Assembly: GCA_946965045.2 (NCBI GenBank) | Contig: OX337231.1 | Location: 1,736,001-1,800,000, forward strand | Length of the DNA: 64,000 nucleotides | Direction: 5' to 3' | Source of the DNA: Epithemia pelagica | Taxonomy: Eukaryota > Protista > Bacillariophyta | Shown: positions 41,912-54,058 of the stretch, piece after piece | Layout of the letters: each line of letters starts with the position of its first letter | How positions within the stretch are numbered: the first letter of the stretch is position 1 | The notes under the pieces: generated by a model | Databases searched by the model: none | Told to the model about the DNA's origin: nothing | The model's input: only the letters and a program-made list of their open reading frames with translations | Made by a program: the position numbers and the translations under genes

Positions 41912-42152
41912 CACGACTCCCGACTCGCGACGGGACCAGATGCGGTCGCACATACATATTTTTGGTCTTGCCATTCTTCTGCACTCGAGCCAAAAACTCA
42001 GAGTGGACGGCTCGGACAAGCGCCATCGTCATTTCTGGTACATTTCTACAAAGATCATGCGAACCAAAGGCGCGCGGGCGCAGTAGCTTCACTTCCTCGC
42101 TCCCCTTTCTCGGAACGAACTTTAGTGTGAGGTGAGCCACAAAACAGAAACC

Positions 42153-43109
42153 ATGAAAGCTGAACTACTCATCAATACGACAAATACAATCGCTCTGTCC
42201 GAAAATGAAAGAACTTTTCCAATAGTGTCACCAATCTCAGTATCATCGGATTGTCAGGATCCTGGGGATGTCTGGAGTCCCAGTGGAGAAATCTTGAATC
42301 TCGATATCAACGTGGTCGAAAGTTCGGATTCCTATTATACTGACCTGGTATTGAAGTATCTGCAGGTGTTCTACCAGAAGCACGCGAAACTCATCAAGGC
42401 ATCGCATGGCCTCACACATGCCATGACAGTGTATGAGCACTCGTGTAAGGCAATTTCATGCCACGAGCCAGCTTTGTCGTCAAAAGTTGTCATGGAAATA
42501 CAAATTGCCGCCCTACTACACGACACTGATGATTACAAGTATTTCCCAGATTCTCCCAAGGGAACATACCCAAATGCACTCGATATCCTCATCAAGGCCG
42601 GCGTCCCCTCCGAGAGTTATGGCAACATTATCGAAATGATTTCGCTCGTTGGCTGTTCAGAAAATGGGAACTTTGTGCCGCAGTCTATCCGTGACACCAA
42701 CTCCTGGTATAAGTTGATTGCCCGATGGTCGGATCGATTGGAAGCTGTTGGAGCTGCCGGAGTTGTGCGATGTTTCCAGTACAGCAAGGAGATCCAACGT
42801 CCACTGAGCAGTCCTAAGTCACCACGGGCACAAACCGCCCAAGAGGTTTGGGAGTTGTGCCGGGCGGAACAGTTTGAATCTTACCAGAAGAATGGACCAT
42901 CGGATGACGACATGATGACGCATTACTATGACAAGCTCCTTCATGTGTCTCGCCCTCCTCCCGAGATTGTTCAAAACCAGTATTTGATCGACATGGCAGA
43001 AGCCTCATCAAAAGAGCTCGTCGAAATGTGTGTTCGTTTCGGACGAACAGGCAAAGTCGACGAGGAATACGTGCGACACCTGGCTCTTGAAATAGGAGCC
43101 ACTGTGTAA
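42153..43109 (+). CDS. HD-domain metal-dependent phosphohydrolase
   Basis: HGLTHA..V, AALLHD.DD.K, DRLEAVGA.GV.RCF and HYYDKLL motifs. Confidence 0.9.
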   Translation: MKAELLINTTNTIALSENERTFPIVSPISVSSDCQDPGDVWSPSGEILNLDINVVESSDSYYTDLVLKYLQVFYQKHAKLIKASHGLTHAMTVYEHSCKAISCHEPALSSKVVMEIQIAALLHDTDDYKYFPDSPKGTYPNALDILIKAGVPSESYGNIIEMISLVGCSENGNFVPQSIRDTNSWYKLIARWSDRLEAVGAAGVVRCFQYSKEIQRPLSSPKSPRAQTAQEVWELCRAEQFESYQKNGPSDDDMMTHYYDKLLHVSRPPPEIVQNQYLIDMAEASSKELVEMCVRFGRTGKVDEEYVRHLALEIGATV

Positions 43110-43342
43110 CAAAAGCACAGTCATACGCTATGTTCTGTGACGCCTGGCCATTTGCAAGAGTCTGCAACTCTGTAAGTTGCTGTTTCAGTGGCAGAAATCC
43201 TCCGTTGACCTGAATACAGAAACCTTTCATGTCTGATGCTTTTGTGCTCATTACCATTCCCATGCTTCTTCCTCTCGGAAAACATGTACAATTGATCAAA
43301 ATCTTTAGTTAACATGTAGGAAGAAGAGTAAGAGTTTTATTT

Positions 43343-46264
43343 TTATTGAAATGCGTCGGTTTCATCAGTGTTTTTGTACCCGTCTTGTGTTTCGATTGTC
43401 GTTGATTCGGCAATAGATTCGACTGTTGTGGATTCTGTTGCCAGTTCGAGAGCCATCGATTCACCTGTTGAGTTCCCAATTGCAGCTGGTGTTGTCAACA
43501 GCTCCGGGGTTTCGACAAGCTGCTCAGCAGGCTCAGATACAAGAACGGCGTCCATAATTTCTATTTCGCCAGCTTCACCGTCTTCAATGCAAACACTGTC
43601 TGGGCATGCATCTTGAATTGCCTCTGCGACAAAAGGGCTCTTTTCTAAGGCTTCTTGGCGTCTTTCCGCAGCGGCTTTATCCATCATTTGTTCACGGACT
43701 GTAAGATCTTCTTCGTCATAATCAATATTTCCAATTCCCAATTGGGTCAACATCGCCTCTTCCCCAAGTTCCTGTAAGTTGCGTTGCATTAGGACTTCTC
43801 TCTTTTTGGTCTCAATAATGGCAGTTACTTCTTCTACTGGAACTCCAAGAGAACGCATCACAGCAGCACCAAAGGGAAGAGTCATCATAATGGTATCCTC
43901 TGGCAATACTGGAACCATGGCTGCCACATTGAGCGTATTCTGAAGACGGCTCGCATGGTCTGCGTCAACTGCCCGACAAAAGATCTTGAGCTCGGGATAC
44001 CATCGCCGTAAAGCAATCACGACGCGAGTTGCTTGGGCTCTATCAGCGATGCAAACAATGATAATCTTTGCATTGCCAACATTGAATGCCTCAGCGACCT
44101 CTTGGCGGCCAATATCTCCATAGAAAACCGGAAGCCCTAAATTTCTCGCTTGAATTGCCTTGTTCGGATCAATTTCAAGTCCGACATATTTTATAAGCTT
44201 GCGATCAAGCAGATTGCAAACAATCTTTCCCACTTGGCCGTAACCAACCACCACCGCGAATTCATCACTATTCTTGATCTCATTAGCATCCGCGTCTTGG
44301 CCGAGATAGTGGGTGAAGTCTGTTGATTCTTCCAATTTCTTTGCGATTCTTGCTCCCACACTTGACATTAAAGGAGTGAGAGCCATTGTCAAACTAGCCG
44401 AAGTAAGCAATAATTTTGTTGTTGGGGCATCCAGAATTCCAAGCGACCGCGCTAATCCAAACGCCACAAAAGCAAATTCTCCTCCCTGACTGAGAATAAG
44501 GCCATTTTGTAGACTAGTCGGCAAGCTCAGCCCAAATCCCAGGGACAGCGCCGTTGTAATTGCAGCTTTCAATCCCATGATACCGAGAACCAATGCTCCA
44601 ACAACCGGTAGCTTGGCTGCAATTAATCTTACGTCAATCTCATATCCCACCGTGACAAAAAATAGACCCAACAGAATTCCTCGAAAAGGCGCAATATCTG
44701 CCTCGACTTGATAGCGATAATTTGTCTCTGACAAAAGTACCCCCGCCAGAAACGCCCCAAGAGTATTACTTAATCCCAAACCTTCTGTCATAAAGGACAT
44801 AGACAACACCGTGAGTAGAACAAGTCCCAAAAACGCCTCCTGCGAGTTGGCCTCTGCAACTGTTCGGAAAAGACGATTCAAAAGAAACCTTCCAGCAAGT
44901 GCAATCGATCCGAGTGCCATTCCTGCTTTAAGGAGGGCTGATCCAACGGCAGCTGCCAAGCCGGTTCCAGAACCGGCCAAAATGGGAGTGACCACCAGCA
45001 ATGGGACGACAGCCAAATCTTGAAACAACAAGATACCGAATGATGCTTTTCCAAACCGCGTGGCCAGTTGATTTTTGTCTTTCAGCAATTGAAGTACAAA
45101 AGCCGAACTTGACAGGGCCAAACCACCGCCAACAACCACCTGCGCATTCGCAGGCAAACCCACCAGACCTCCAACACCGGCAACCGCTGCGCCCGTTACA
45201 AGGAACTGACCCAAACCAAGACCGAAGACGTCTTTCCGCATTTGCATCAACCGCTCGATACTAAGTTCAATGCCCATTTCGAAAAGAAAGAAAACAATTC
45301 CTAGCTCAGCGAACACTTCGGTTGTATGAATCCCTCGAATAAAACCAAATCCGTTGGGACCGAGCAACATTCCAGATGCTAAAAATCCCAAGATTGGATT
45401 GGTACCAAGCTTTTTGCAAATTGGAGTGATGAGAGCAGTCGCCAAAAGCAGGATCAGAGCATCCGATTTTGGTCCTCTCATGTATGCATTCAAGTCAAAC
45501 ATGGCTTCCTGAACCGTACGAGAAGTGGCCTTTGTTGCTTGAGCCATACTTTCCTCAACCCCATGCTCAATCCTGTTTAATACCGTTCCCTTCTTGGGAC
45601 GAAAAATGGAAAAATCATTGTTGCGTTGCGGTTGAATGCCGGTAACTTCTCCTGCTGAACCTCCTCGTGTTGCAGCTACCGTAGATTGAATGATCGCATC
45701 ATTTTTTGCGCTTTCATGAACAACTTCAATGGGAGCCCCCGATGACTGCATGGTTACAGGACCATTTTGACTGTATAGCGACCCATATCTCCCAGCGAAA
45801 AGTACAGAACAACTCAGCACAAGACCAAGGAACAAGCTCTGGAACCGTCTCTTGGCTCGCCATTCTGCCAGTTTATCCATCCAGAAGGTCATGTTCCCTC
45901 GAAGCATGCGAATCCATTTCCTTACTCCCCGGTTTGAGCGAGAAAACAAGGAGTTTGTTTTGGAAGGGAGACCTACCTCATCTCCATGCTCATTGCTATT
46001 CCCCGCAGCTTGCTGCATGGAAGTAGGTCGGATGGGACCAGCATAGCGATGATGCAACCGTTGGGACCTAGGGGCCAAACGTGCTATCGTTGACGGCGAT
46101 ATTAATATATCCTTCTTCCATGCTGTGCTTCCGACCGAAGTTGTCGTCGGATGCACGAAGGCTGACACAATGGTTGGAGAAAGTATGCCACTCGAGATCA
46201 CAAGGAAAGCGATCAGGTTCACTATGACAAAGCCGATTCTTGTCCCATGGGAAATATGAGTCAT
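43343..46264 (-). CDS. KEA: K+/H+ antiporter (KefC/KEA, CPA2) with TrkA-N domain, plastid-type leader
   Basis: AELGIVFFLFEMGIELS, LLFQDLAVVPLL, LGAFLAGVLL.ET.YR.QVEADI.PF, LSQGGEFAF, VGYGQVG and VFYGD; leader ending VSA-F. Confidence 0.93.
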   Translation of the reverse strand: MTHISHGTRIGFVIVNLIAFLVISSGILSPTIVSAFVHPTTTSVGSTAWKKDILISPSTIARLAPRSQRLHHRYAGPIRPTSMQQAAGNSNEHGDEVGLPSKTNSLFSRSNRGVRKWIRMLRGNMTFWMDKLAEWRAKRRFQSLFLGLVLSCSVLFAGRYGSLYSQNGPVTMQSSGAPIEVVHESAKNDAIIQSTVAATRGGSAGEVTGIQPQRNNDFSIFRPKKGTVLNRIEHGVEESMAQATKATSRTVQEAMFDLNAYMRGPKSDALILLLATALITPICKKLGTNPILGFLASGMLLGPNGFGFIRGIHTTEVFAELGIVFFLFEMGIELSIERLMQMRKDVFGLGLGQFLVTGAAVAGVGGLVGLPANAQVVVGGGLALSSSAFVLQLLKDKNQLATRFGKASFGILLFQDLAVVPLLVVTPILAGSGTGLAAAVGSALLKAGMALGSIALAGRFLLNRLFRTVAEANSQEAFLGLVLLTVLSMSFMTEGLGLSNTLGAFLAGVLLSETNYRYQVEADIAPFRGILLGLFFVTVGYEIDVRLIAAKLPVVGALVLGIMGLKAAITTALSLGFGLSLPTSLQNGLILSQGGEFAFVAFGLARSLGILDAPTTKLLLTSASLTMALTPLMSSVGARIAKKLEESTDFTHYLGQDADANEIKNSDEFAVVVGYGQVGKIVCNLLDRKLIKYVGLEIDPNKAIQARNLGLPVFYGDIGRQEVAEAFNVGNAKIIIVCIADRAQATRVVIALRRWYPELKIFCRAVDADHASRLQNTLNVAAMVPVLPEDTIMMTLPFGAAVMRSLGVPVEEVTAIIETKKREVLMQRNLQELGEEAMLTQLGIGNIDYDEEDLTVREQMMDKAAAERRQEALEKSPFVAEAIQDACPDSVCIEDGEAGEIEIMDAVLVSEPAEQLVETPELLTTPAAIGNSTGESMALELATESTTVESIAESTTIETQDGYKNTDETDAFQ

Positions 46265-46627
46265 CTTGATCGGTCGGAAGGGCGAACAGAGAACAGAGAG
46301 ACAAGAACTCTTTCTTCCCCTATGTCTCGTCGGGTGCACTGTGTCAAGAACCGACTATTGTTGTTACTGTTGAAGTGCGATGACTTCTATTGCAAGATTC
46401 CCATTCAGTTCGTCTTTCGCTGATCGCTGATTGTTCAGGTTACGACCAACATGAACGCAATCATCACAAACACTCGGACGGACACAGCGCATTCACTGGG
46501 AGACGTCACTTTGATGACCAAACAACGACCAAAACGCGTCTAAGGATTTATTTGGACGCGCGGAGGTGCACAAGATACGATCTGCCCACAAAGAGAGCTA
46601 TTGAGAACACTCAAATAAACCCCCATC

Positions 46628-47719
46628 ATGCCAGCCAATTTGGATCAAAGTCAACAACAGATCATTTTGACCGTCACTACCATCTCCAGCATAGCCATTC
46701 TCAGCTTGGTGGCTTATGCGGAGTGGGTCGAGATTCCTCGATTGACCCGGCTGGCAAAAAAGCAACAAGCAGAAAATGAGACCATCGCGTCATTGAAGAT
46801 TAGAAAAATGTCGATATTCTACACTTGTCTCAAACTGTTTTTCTACATGGCCATATCAACATTTTTCTTCTCATTACCTATTATCTTGTTCCACACCGCT
46901 TCAGACACGTCATCAAACATTGTCACTTCGAGCATCAATTTTTGCGAATCGGACTTTCGTCATACAACATTTATCGCCGAACCAGTCAACACCATTTCAA
47001 GTATCATGGCATATCTTCCCTTGTCCGCCTTGGGTGCACTTCGATCAACCACAATCCAGCAACGAACGAGATATATGATCTGCTACGGCACCTTATTCAT
47101 GATTGGTGTGGGATCCACCTTGCTTCACTCCTTTCTCACAGCCATGACGCAAGGCGGCGACGAGTTGCCCATGTTGTGGTACACAGCGGCGACGAGTTTT
47201 GGTGCATTCGACGTCATCTTTTCGGGTATTCCAGGCGTTGGAACTTTTGTGGGCATCACCGCAATCCTTTCGACGCTGGTGTATGTCCAGTTCCGAGCCA
47301 ATTTCACCTACTTTTACCTGATGTTCACGTCCTACACAGTTACTCTGTCGTTGAGCTTGATTTATATTGCTCTCTTCAAGAAGTGGGAGAACAGAAAGAA
47401 CGGAGCCGAGTTCAAGCGTTGTGTTCTTTTACCGTTAATGCAAACGAGTTCAATAACCCTTGTGTTTGCAGTTTGGTGTTGGATAGCTGAAATGCTCGGA
47501 TGTGAGGCCGCAAGTCAACAACCCACCGATACACTACAGTGGATGGTTTGGAATAGAGTGCTCCATCCATGCTGGCATTTTGCCACTGCAATCGCTGCCT
47601 TTCTTGTTATTCAAGAAATCTATGCAGCAGAAGGTTTCTCCAAGGGTCATGGGATGCCATGGATCGTATCGGTAGGGGCCCCATTCGTTGTGTTTGATGA
47701 CACGCAGAAGAGTGCATAG
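46628..47719 (+). CDS. Alkaline ceramidase (CREST family)
   Basis: NFCE.DF, IAEP.NT.SS, G.GS.LLH, DELPMLW and HPCWH motifs. Confidence 0.88.
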   Translation: MPANLDQSQQQIILTVTTISSIAILSLVAYAEWVEIPRLTRLAKKQQAENETIASLKIRKMSIFYTCLKLFFYMAISTFFFSLPIILFHTASDTSSNIVTSSINFCESDFRHTTFIAEPVNTISSIMAYLPLSALGALRSTTIQQRTRYMICYGTLFMIGVGSTLLHSFLTAMTQGGDELPMLWYTAATSFGAFDVIFSGIPGVGTFVGITAILSTLVYVQFRANFTYFYLMFTSYTVTLSLSLIYIALFKKWENRKNGAEFKRCVLLPLMQTSSITLVFAVWCWIAEMLGCEAASQQPTDTLQWMVWNRVLHPCWHFATAIAAFLVIQEIYAAEGFSKGHGMPWIVSVGAPFVVFDDTQKSA

Positions 47720-48011
47720 CTTGTTCTTTCCACTTGCTCGCGACACATATTGGGTGAAGAGATATGCCGATTGTAATGGATCATCCAGGATACTCAAAGA
47801 TGCTGATTGAAGTGGATTAGCAAGATGCTGAGAGCATTCGTATTACAGTTTCACATGGACGTGATCAAATTTTCCATATCTATATGGTCTATGTTTACTC
47901 CTATCCTGTTTTGCTAATTGTCGTCGTACGATTATCTCCGTGCCGCGTCTACTTTCCCACCATTGCGGCTGTGCGGAGGATCATTCCAAGACTGTGGGTA
48001 TTCAAAGGACG

Positions 48012-49280
48012 CTAGTCATCTCCAGTTTCCTCTTTCACCATAAACACATGGTATCTCTGCTGTTGAAGCTTGTACGGCGAGGTGGAAATCGGAAAATATT
48101 TCACTTTAGTCGTAATAGCCGAAGTGGAATTCCAGAACGAGGGCGAAACGCCCCCTTTATCGTACATGTTCTGACACAAGGGCAACGAAACTTGCTCCAC
48201 TATTATAGGAGCACCCGGCTTGGCAATCCGTATCATCTCCACCACCCATGCTTTGTACCATTCATCTTGCTTGGCTTGAGACTCTTTCAATTGTTTTGCC
48301 TGTTCTTTCGATGGTGAGACGGAACAAAGTTCATTGTATTTTCGTTCAACCTCAGCTTTGTCACCAGAGAACTGGAGAGGGTTTGCTAGCGGTGGAATCC
48401 TCCCAGCAAATACCAAATCGAATGAATCTTCCATCAGGAATTCATGGAGAAGAGTGGAATCAGCAGTACACAACGTGCCATATTTTCCGCCAACCGGGCC
48501 CAAGAATCGTGACAATACTGATTTCGCGACTGCGATGTTCTTTTGTTCAATATCGCTTCCATAAACTGTTAGTCCAGATAGACCTTTCTTTTCCCTTAAA
48601 AGTTCCAGTGTCATCAAAGCATCCAAACCGACACCCATGCCTGCATTGTATATAGAGGAGTTCGATCGAAGATAGGGAGCAAATCGAAAACTTTTCCAAT
48701 CAGACATGGCCCACTTGATCTTACTGTAGGTATTGCCCCACTTGTCATACGGGACATCTCTGAATGTCCTCATCCAAGCATCACGATCCTTGTTACTCAT
48801 AACGGAACTGGGAGGACTCATAGACTGTGCAAACTTATCATTCTTCTTCAAGGGGGCCGGACATTTGAACTGCAAAAGCGGCTTCACTTTCTTCAACAAT
48901 ACATGTTTGGACGATCTTTGGTTGGATCTCGGAGTGAAGACAAATACAAGAGAGAAGGCCACCACAATCATCCCCAAATTTCGAAGAGAATGTCGGGACC
49001 CAAAGAGTTTTCGAATCCACGTCGATTCCGATGGCCGTGGGCTCTGTAAAACTGTTTGCCCCTGTGACTCTGTTTGGCGTCGACGACTGTGTTTTACTGA
49101 AGCTACCACTAGGCTGGCAATTTCCTGTTGCTCGTCGTAGGAGTCTTCGTCGTCATCACGGTTACTACCAAGCTCTTGTTCAATGTTGAACGCAGCCACC
49201 ACACCAGGAGGTATGGCCGTGTCGTCTTGACCAAGTCCCAGCAGTTCTTTATCACTTTGATTGTTTGCGTTCGTTCTCAT
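48012..49280 (-). CDS. Type II membrane, SAM-dependent methyltransferase-like protein
   Basis: One TM segment (LGMIVVAFSLVFVF); IYNAGMGVG, VYGSDI, SFDLVF and RIAKPGAPI motifs. Confidence 0.7.
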   Translation of the reverse strand: MRTNANNQSDKELLGLGQDDTAIPPGVVAAFNIEQELGSNRDDDEDSYDEQQEIASLVVASVKHSRRRQTESQGQTVLQSPRPSESTWIRKLFGSRHSLRNLGMIVVAFSLVFVFTPRSNQRSSKHVLLKKVKPLLQFKCPAPLKKNDKFAQSMSPPSSVMSNKDRDAWMRTFRDVPYDKWGNTYSKIKWAMSDWKSFRFAPYLRSNSSIYNAGMGVGLDALMTLELLREKKGLSGLTVYGSDIEQKNIAVAKSVLSRFLGPVGGKYGTLCTADSTLLHEFLMEDSFDLVFAGRIPPLANPLQFSGDKAEVERKYNELCSVSPSKEQAKQLKESQAKQDEWYKAWVVEMIRIAKPGAPIIVEQVSLPLCQNMYDKGGVSPSFWNSTSAITTKVKYFPISTSPYKLQQQRYHVFMVKEETGDD

Positions 49281-49775
49281 TATTCTATAAAGTGAAAGAG
49301 TCGTTGGGAGACTCACGCTTGCCTGTGCTCTCTGGGCTCTGGGTCTTTCTGGGTTATTGTGGGGCTTGGCGCTTGGCACGAATTTTACACAGCGAGCCGC
49401 GACTCATCATTTACGGGTCTACCTACGTCGACCGACGAATTCCGATGCAATTAGCCAGACACCAGACCTACACTAAAACAAAACAAAAAGTCCTCTGTTG
49501 TAAATGACAAGGACAAACATTTATCAACTAATGTATTCGTACAGTGGGACATGCAGTGCACAGCGCGCGAAAGGCACACCTGTCTATTAATATACAAACT
49601 GGAGAGCAAACGTGGTATAGGGCGGCGGCGGTATAACAATGCCTGCCGTTCCAAAGAGGACAACCATGTGAAGAATTGAATCTCAAAAGTCAGGGCTCAT
49701 TTCGGGGAAAAAGAGTTCTTGTAAGAACTCGTACGCTCTCTACTTGGACTGGCGGAAAGGTTTGAGAGATTCTGG

Positions 49776-51236
49776 CTAGGACTTCTTCCCACCTTTGCCT
49801 TTACCACCCTTGCCGTACGAAGGAGGTTGGTATGGTGGTGGAACATCAGGACCGTAGCCTGGTACGATCACAATTGCACAGGGAATAACCACTGAAGGAT
49901 GCGGGTAGCCCGGCCATAGTGGGGGACCAGGCCAGTAACCTGTTTTTAACAAAGAGAAGTATTGTTAGACGGAAGGCAACAATCAGTGATTTTACCAATC
50001 GTGCATCAGCAGTTGGGACATACCTCCACCACCACCACCTTCCTTTTTGCCGGAACTTTTCTTTCCACCGTAGTAATCATCGTAGTAGTAATCATCGTGG
50101 AAGTAATCATCGTGATAGTAGACATCATCGTGGTGATAGTAGTCATCATAGTAATGATCGTCGTAGTAAACGTCATCGTGATAGTAATCATCGTAGTAAT
50201 GATCGTCGTAGTAAACGTCATCGTGATAGTAGTCATCATGCATCACACCATCGTCCCCACTGCTTCCTCCATCATCATCCGAAGGAGCATTGGTGGGATG
50301 ACATGGCGATCCGCAGTAGCTTCTACATGTGCGTCCAAGGTAGGTGCCATAGTCGTCAAACTTCTTCTCACAGTGTTGGATCACTCGTTCGAGACAGCAC
50401 TTAATAACGTCGGAGTAGTCGCCATTGCTGTCTCCATTGTTAACAGAACAAGCGGCTTCACAATCATAGTGGCATGTCGAGTCGGAACAGGCGAGTTCTG
50501 GGCTTTTTCCACAAGAGCACATGGGAGGTCCATCACCGTGAGGACAATCTTCGTCACCAAAGTAAGAAGTACATTCAAAGTGTCCATCATTCATTTTCCC
50601 GGTACAACATTCGGAATCAGGTCTTGAAGAAGAGTTCGTTTTACTACTTCTCTTGCCTCCTTTCCCGCTTTTCTTGCCTCCTCGGCGGCGACCATGTCGG
50701 CCTCGACCGCCTCCTGGATAGTATGGCCAGCGACCGCCTCCTGGATAGTATGGCCAACGTCCACCTCCTGGGAAAAAGGGGCTTCCAGATCCTCTTCCCC
50801 GTCCACCAGGTCCTAAGTATGGAAAACCACCTGGATTTACAACTACAAGCAGGTAGACAACACCTGGGTTTGGCATGAGACCGTGTCCAGGACGACCGGG
50901 GTAAGGGGGTCGGTGGTAAGGAGGCCGAGGACGGTATGGCGGATCGTAATGTGGAGGTGGGAAGTCTTCTCCAGGATAGCAGGCTCTACAATCCAAACAT
51001 TCGTGGTCGACATACGATGACAACATGCGTTCCTCATCGGCAGTCAGGAAACGATCCTTCTTTCCTCCCTTGCCGCCTTTCCCACTGGATCTACATCGGT
51101 TTACACAACAATCTGGAATGGACGGCGAAGAGTCCAGCAACCGAGTCTGTTGTTCAGAGGTATCAGTACTGACATGGGCGTCGATAGAGGACAGTGCGCC
51201 GAATACGGCTATCAAAACAAGGATAAACCTCACCAT
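49776..51236 (-). CDS. Secreted G/P/K-rich and D/Y/H-repeat protein (cingulin/silaffin-like candidate), 2 exons
   Basis: Signal peptide; RXL motifs (RLL, RML); GKGGKGGKK and KKSSGKK clusters; HDDYY/DDHYY tandem tract; intron 49940-50023 leads to ...GKGGKGKGGKKS*. Confidence 0.7.
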
Positions 51237-52466
51237 GGTGGTGGTTAGTGCTTGTCGGGGTCGTGCAGAATAAAGTGGGGGAATCATGGAGGCAGACACA
51301 CGTACGAGTAGGCGCGCACTCCACAAAGAATTGCGGTTTGAGTGCCGATTGGAAAATTCATTTTTATATACAAGACCGAAGACACACCATATATCCGTTG
51401 AGCAATACGGTCCAACATGCTCTTATGTATACGTTCGCATCTATCCCAACGGGTGATGTTCGGCGCGCGTTCTGTCTTGTAAGGACAGATGCGGGTCACT
51501 TTAGCATATCTATCCCTACAAGGTTTTTCTTGATACATTGAATCCCAATACATTCCCACGCTCGAGTGTAAAATCTAGCGTGACAATGGCGGGAGCTCCG
51601 GATGCGCTTCTCCATCCGTTGCCTGATGTTGAGAATCCGATCTCTTTCTGTTGAGAGGAACTGCAATCCGTTGACAAGGTTTCATGGAGAACCTCACGAA
51701 CCATGGGAGTAAACCTATAATTGTTATGCGGCGGGTAAGGAGAAGGCGTGGGCTCAGTCACGGAGCCCAACAAAATTTTTACGCGTACCCAGGACTCAAA
51801 ACATGAAACAATTTGGTTGTCCTGGTAGCTTCATTCTGTTTTGCTCTCATGTCTCATGTCAAACCTATTTTGTCGGTTAGTGACAATTTTGGTTTGGTTG
51901 GAAGCATGTTCGATAGAATCATTGTGTCCAGTTAAACAAAATGGACGTTGCTAGAGTAAGTCCCTTTTCGATAAGTACAACGAGCAAAAGTATCTACAAA
52001 AATATATCTTGTTAATGCTGTCTTTGCAAGCTCTCTAGGGCTTCATTGTCGCATTCAATCCTACCATTTCCGGCATGGTTCATAGCTTCGGATTTCGGAT
52101 AGACTGTGTCGGTCTTCGGAACGGGGTCATTCACGGACGCAACTATCATTGCCGCGGTACCGGTACAGATTACGAGACATCATCCTGGTCGCCGAAAGTG
52201 ACAATCATGTTAGCAAAGGAGACAATGACAGGTTTTTTGTTCGGTAGTTTGCTAGAATATAGGAAAGTACTCTAGATCTGCAATGACAACAAAATATAAT
52301 ACTAGGAGTAAAAGGCAACTAAAACATGAACTACATCGTCACACGAAACCTCATTTTACACCGATCAACTTCCTCGCACCTGTTCTCTCGCCATCATCAC
52401 TTTGGCCACGCGACGTTCCTCTGATTGACGTGATCTGAAACTCTTCGCCACGCTCTTGCGTCTTCT

Positions 52467-53483
52467 CTACAAAGTCTTGAATCCACAAGCCTGGTAAAGA
52501 GCCTCAATTGTCAAAAGTTGGATGGTTGCTGTGGGGGCAAAACGTGCCCAAATGGGAACAAATCCTCGCCACAGAGAAAAGAAACCTTGTTCTTGGACGG
52601 TTTTGAAGAAGCAGTCAATGAAGCCGCTGTAGATCTTACGATCGGTCGGCTGGTTCATGAGAGATGTACGGACACGGTCGAAAGGACTAACCGTGCATGT
52701 CATGAAAAAGCCTGCAACGACACCAGATGCAAAAACTGTGCGGGGATCTTTGCGTTTCCAACCCGTCAAGTCGGTAACATAGCCCTTACTGATATCGTAG
52801 CAACCCATTTTCGTCGCGTTCAAGACGCAAGCACGAAGGACATTGGCAGTGGCGCCGCGGTAAAAACCAGCGATGCCTTGATCATGGTACATATTACCTA
52901 CCAACGTGGCTAATCCAACACTTTTCCCTTTGTTAGCCTGTGCAATCGTTTCTAGGAAAGTAGAAGAACACAAGTTAGTGTCCCTAATCAATTCATGAAG
53001 AATCGTTCAAAATGTGTAGAACTCACTCATCACATCGAATGGGTTTCCGATAATCGATCCAACACCTCCAGTGAGAGCACCTGCGGCGAACTTCAAATAG
53101 AACGGGGCATCTTTGCCCCCTGCTCCGATGGCGTCGCGTACAGGTGCGTACGCACCCAACTTAATCGAGGCATAGCTGCCTTCACGTCCCCAGGCCCAAA
53201 CAATGCCCTTCCAGAACGCTCCAACACCTTCATTGCGGAATGTTCCACCGACAACTCGTACCTTCAAATGCACCATCACATCGCACGACATGTATAAGTG
53301 AGTAGGTTTTCGCTGTGAAAGAAGACATTAGTCTGCATGACTTACCAAGCCATCACCGGAAACCTGCATGCGAGTCTTCACGAGCTCAATGGGGTGCGTG
53401 AAGTTCACTGTAAACACACAAGAAGCCCCGCCGAGGGCAATGGACTCGAGAAGGGAAGGAGCACGAGGAGAACCGTTGGACAT
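52467..53483 (-). CDS. Mitochondrial carrier (dicarboxylate/oxoglutarate/UCP-like), 3 exons
   Basis: Three carrier signatures ([18 protein letters not shown] and [13 protein letters not shown]); introns near 53262-53345 and 52952-53026. Confidence 0.93.
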
Positions 53484-54058
53484 GATTTACACTTTCCTTT
53501 TATGGTCCTGCTTGCACAATAAAACAAGAATCTGAGAATCACAAAACGATCCCCAAGGACCAAGGACAAGCACAACAATGAGACCAAAAATGATAAGAGA
53601 ACCCAAAGATTCTTGTGTCTTTGCGCTCTTTGCGTCTTTGAAAAAAAGAAGAAAAAAAGATGTCACTGCCAACTGGCAACGACATCAGGATTAGGCTACT
53701 CTTACTCGCAACTCATACAAGATACAGCAGCGACAGCACGTGGACATATCTTCGGACATCTAATTAAGTGCGACCAATAACCAACGGTCATGCTTGAGCA
53801 GCTACTGCCTAAGGTTAAGGTTACTTGTAATGGGCTCCTCTATCCTCTACCTACCTCTATGGATTGTAATCATCGGAGTCTCCGTTGTGCAGAACTATCT
53901 TCTCTTCGCATCCTGTGAAACAACTTCGTTTCTGAGTAAAGGTTCACAGTCTCAAAGCAGCGTCGTCCAACGATAGCAAGTGATGGGACATGTCGCCAGG
54001 GAAAATTTTGGACGAAACGGCCGATCCGGCTCTGCTTCCATCGCTAGGCTGAACTGCT

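Noticed and set aside
49919-50627. V/I-rich and H/R/S-rich plus-strand ORFs and an M/T/I-rich alternative frame
   Set aside because: Frame shadows of the GAT/TAC/CAT repeat tract in the D/Y/H protein.
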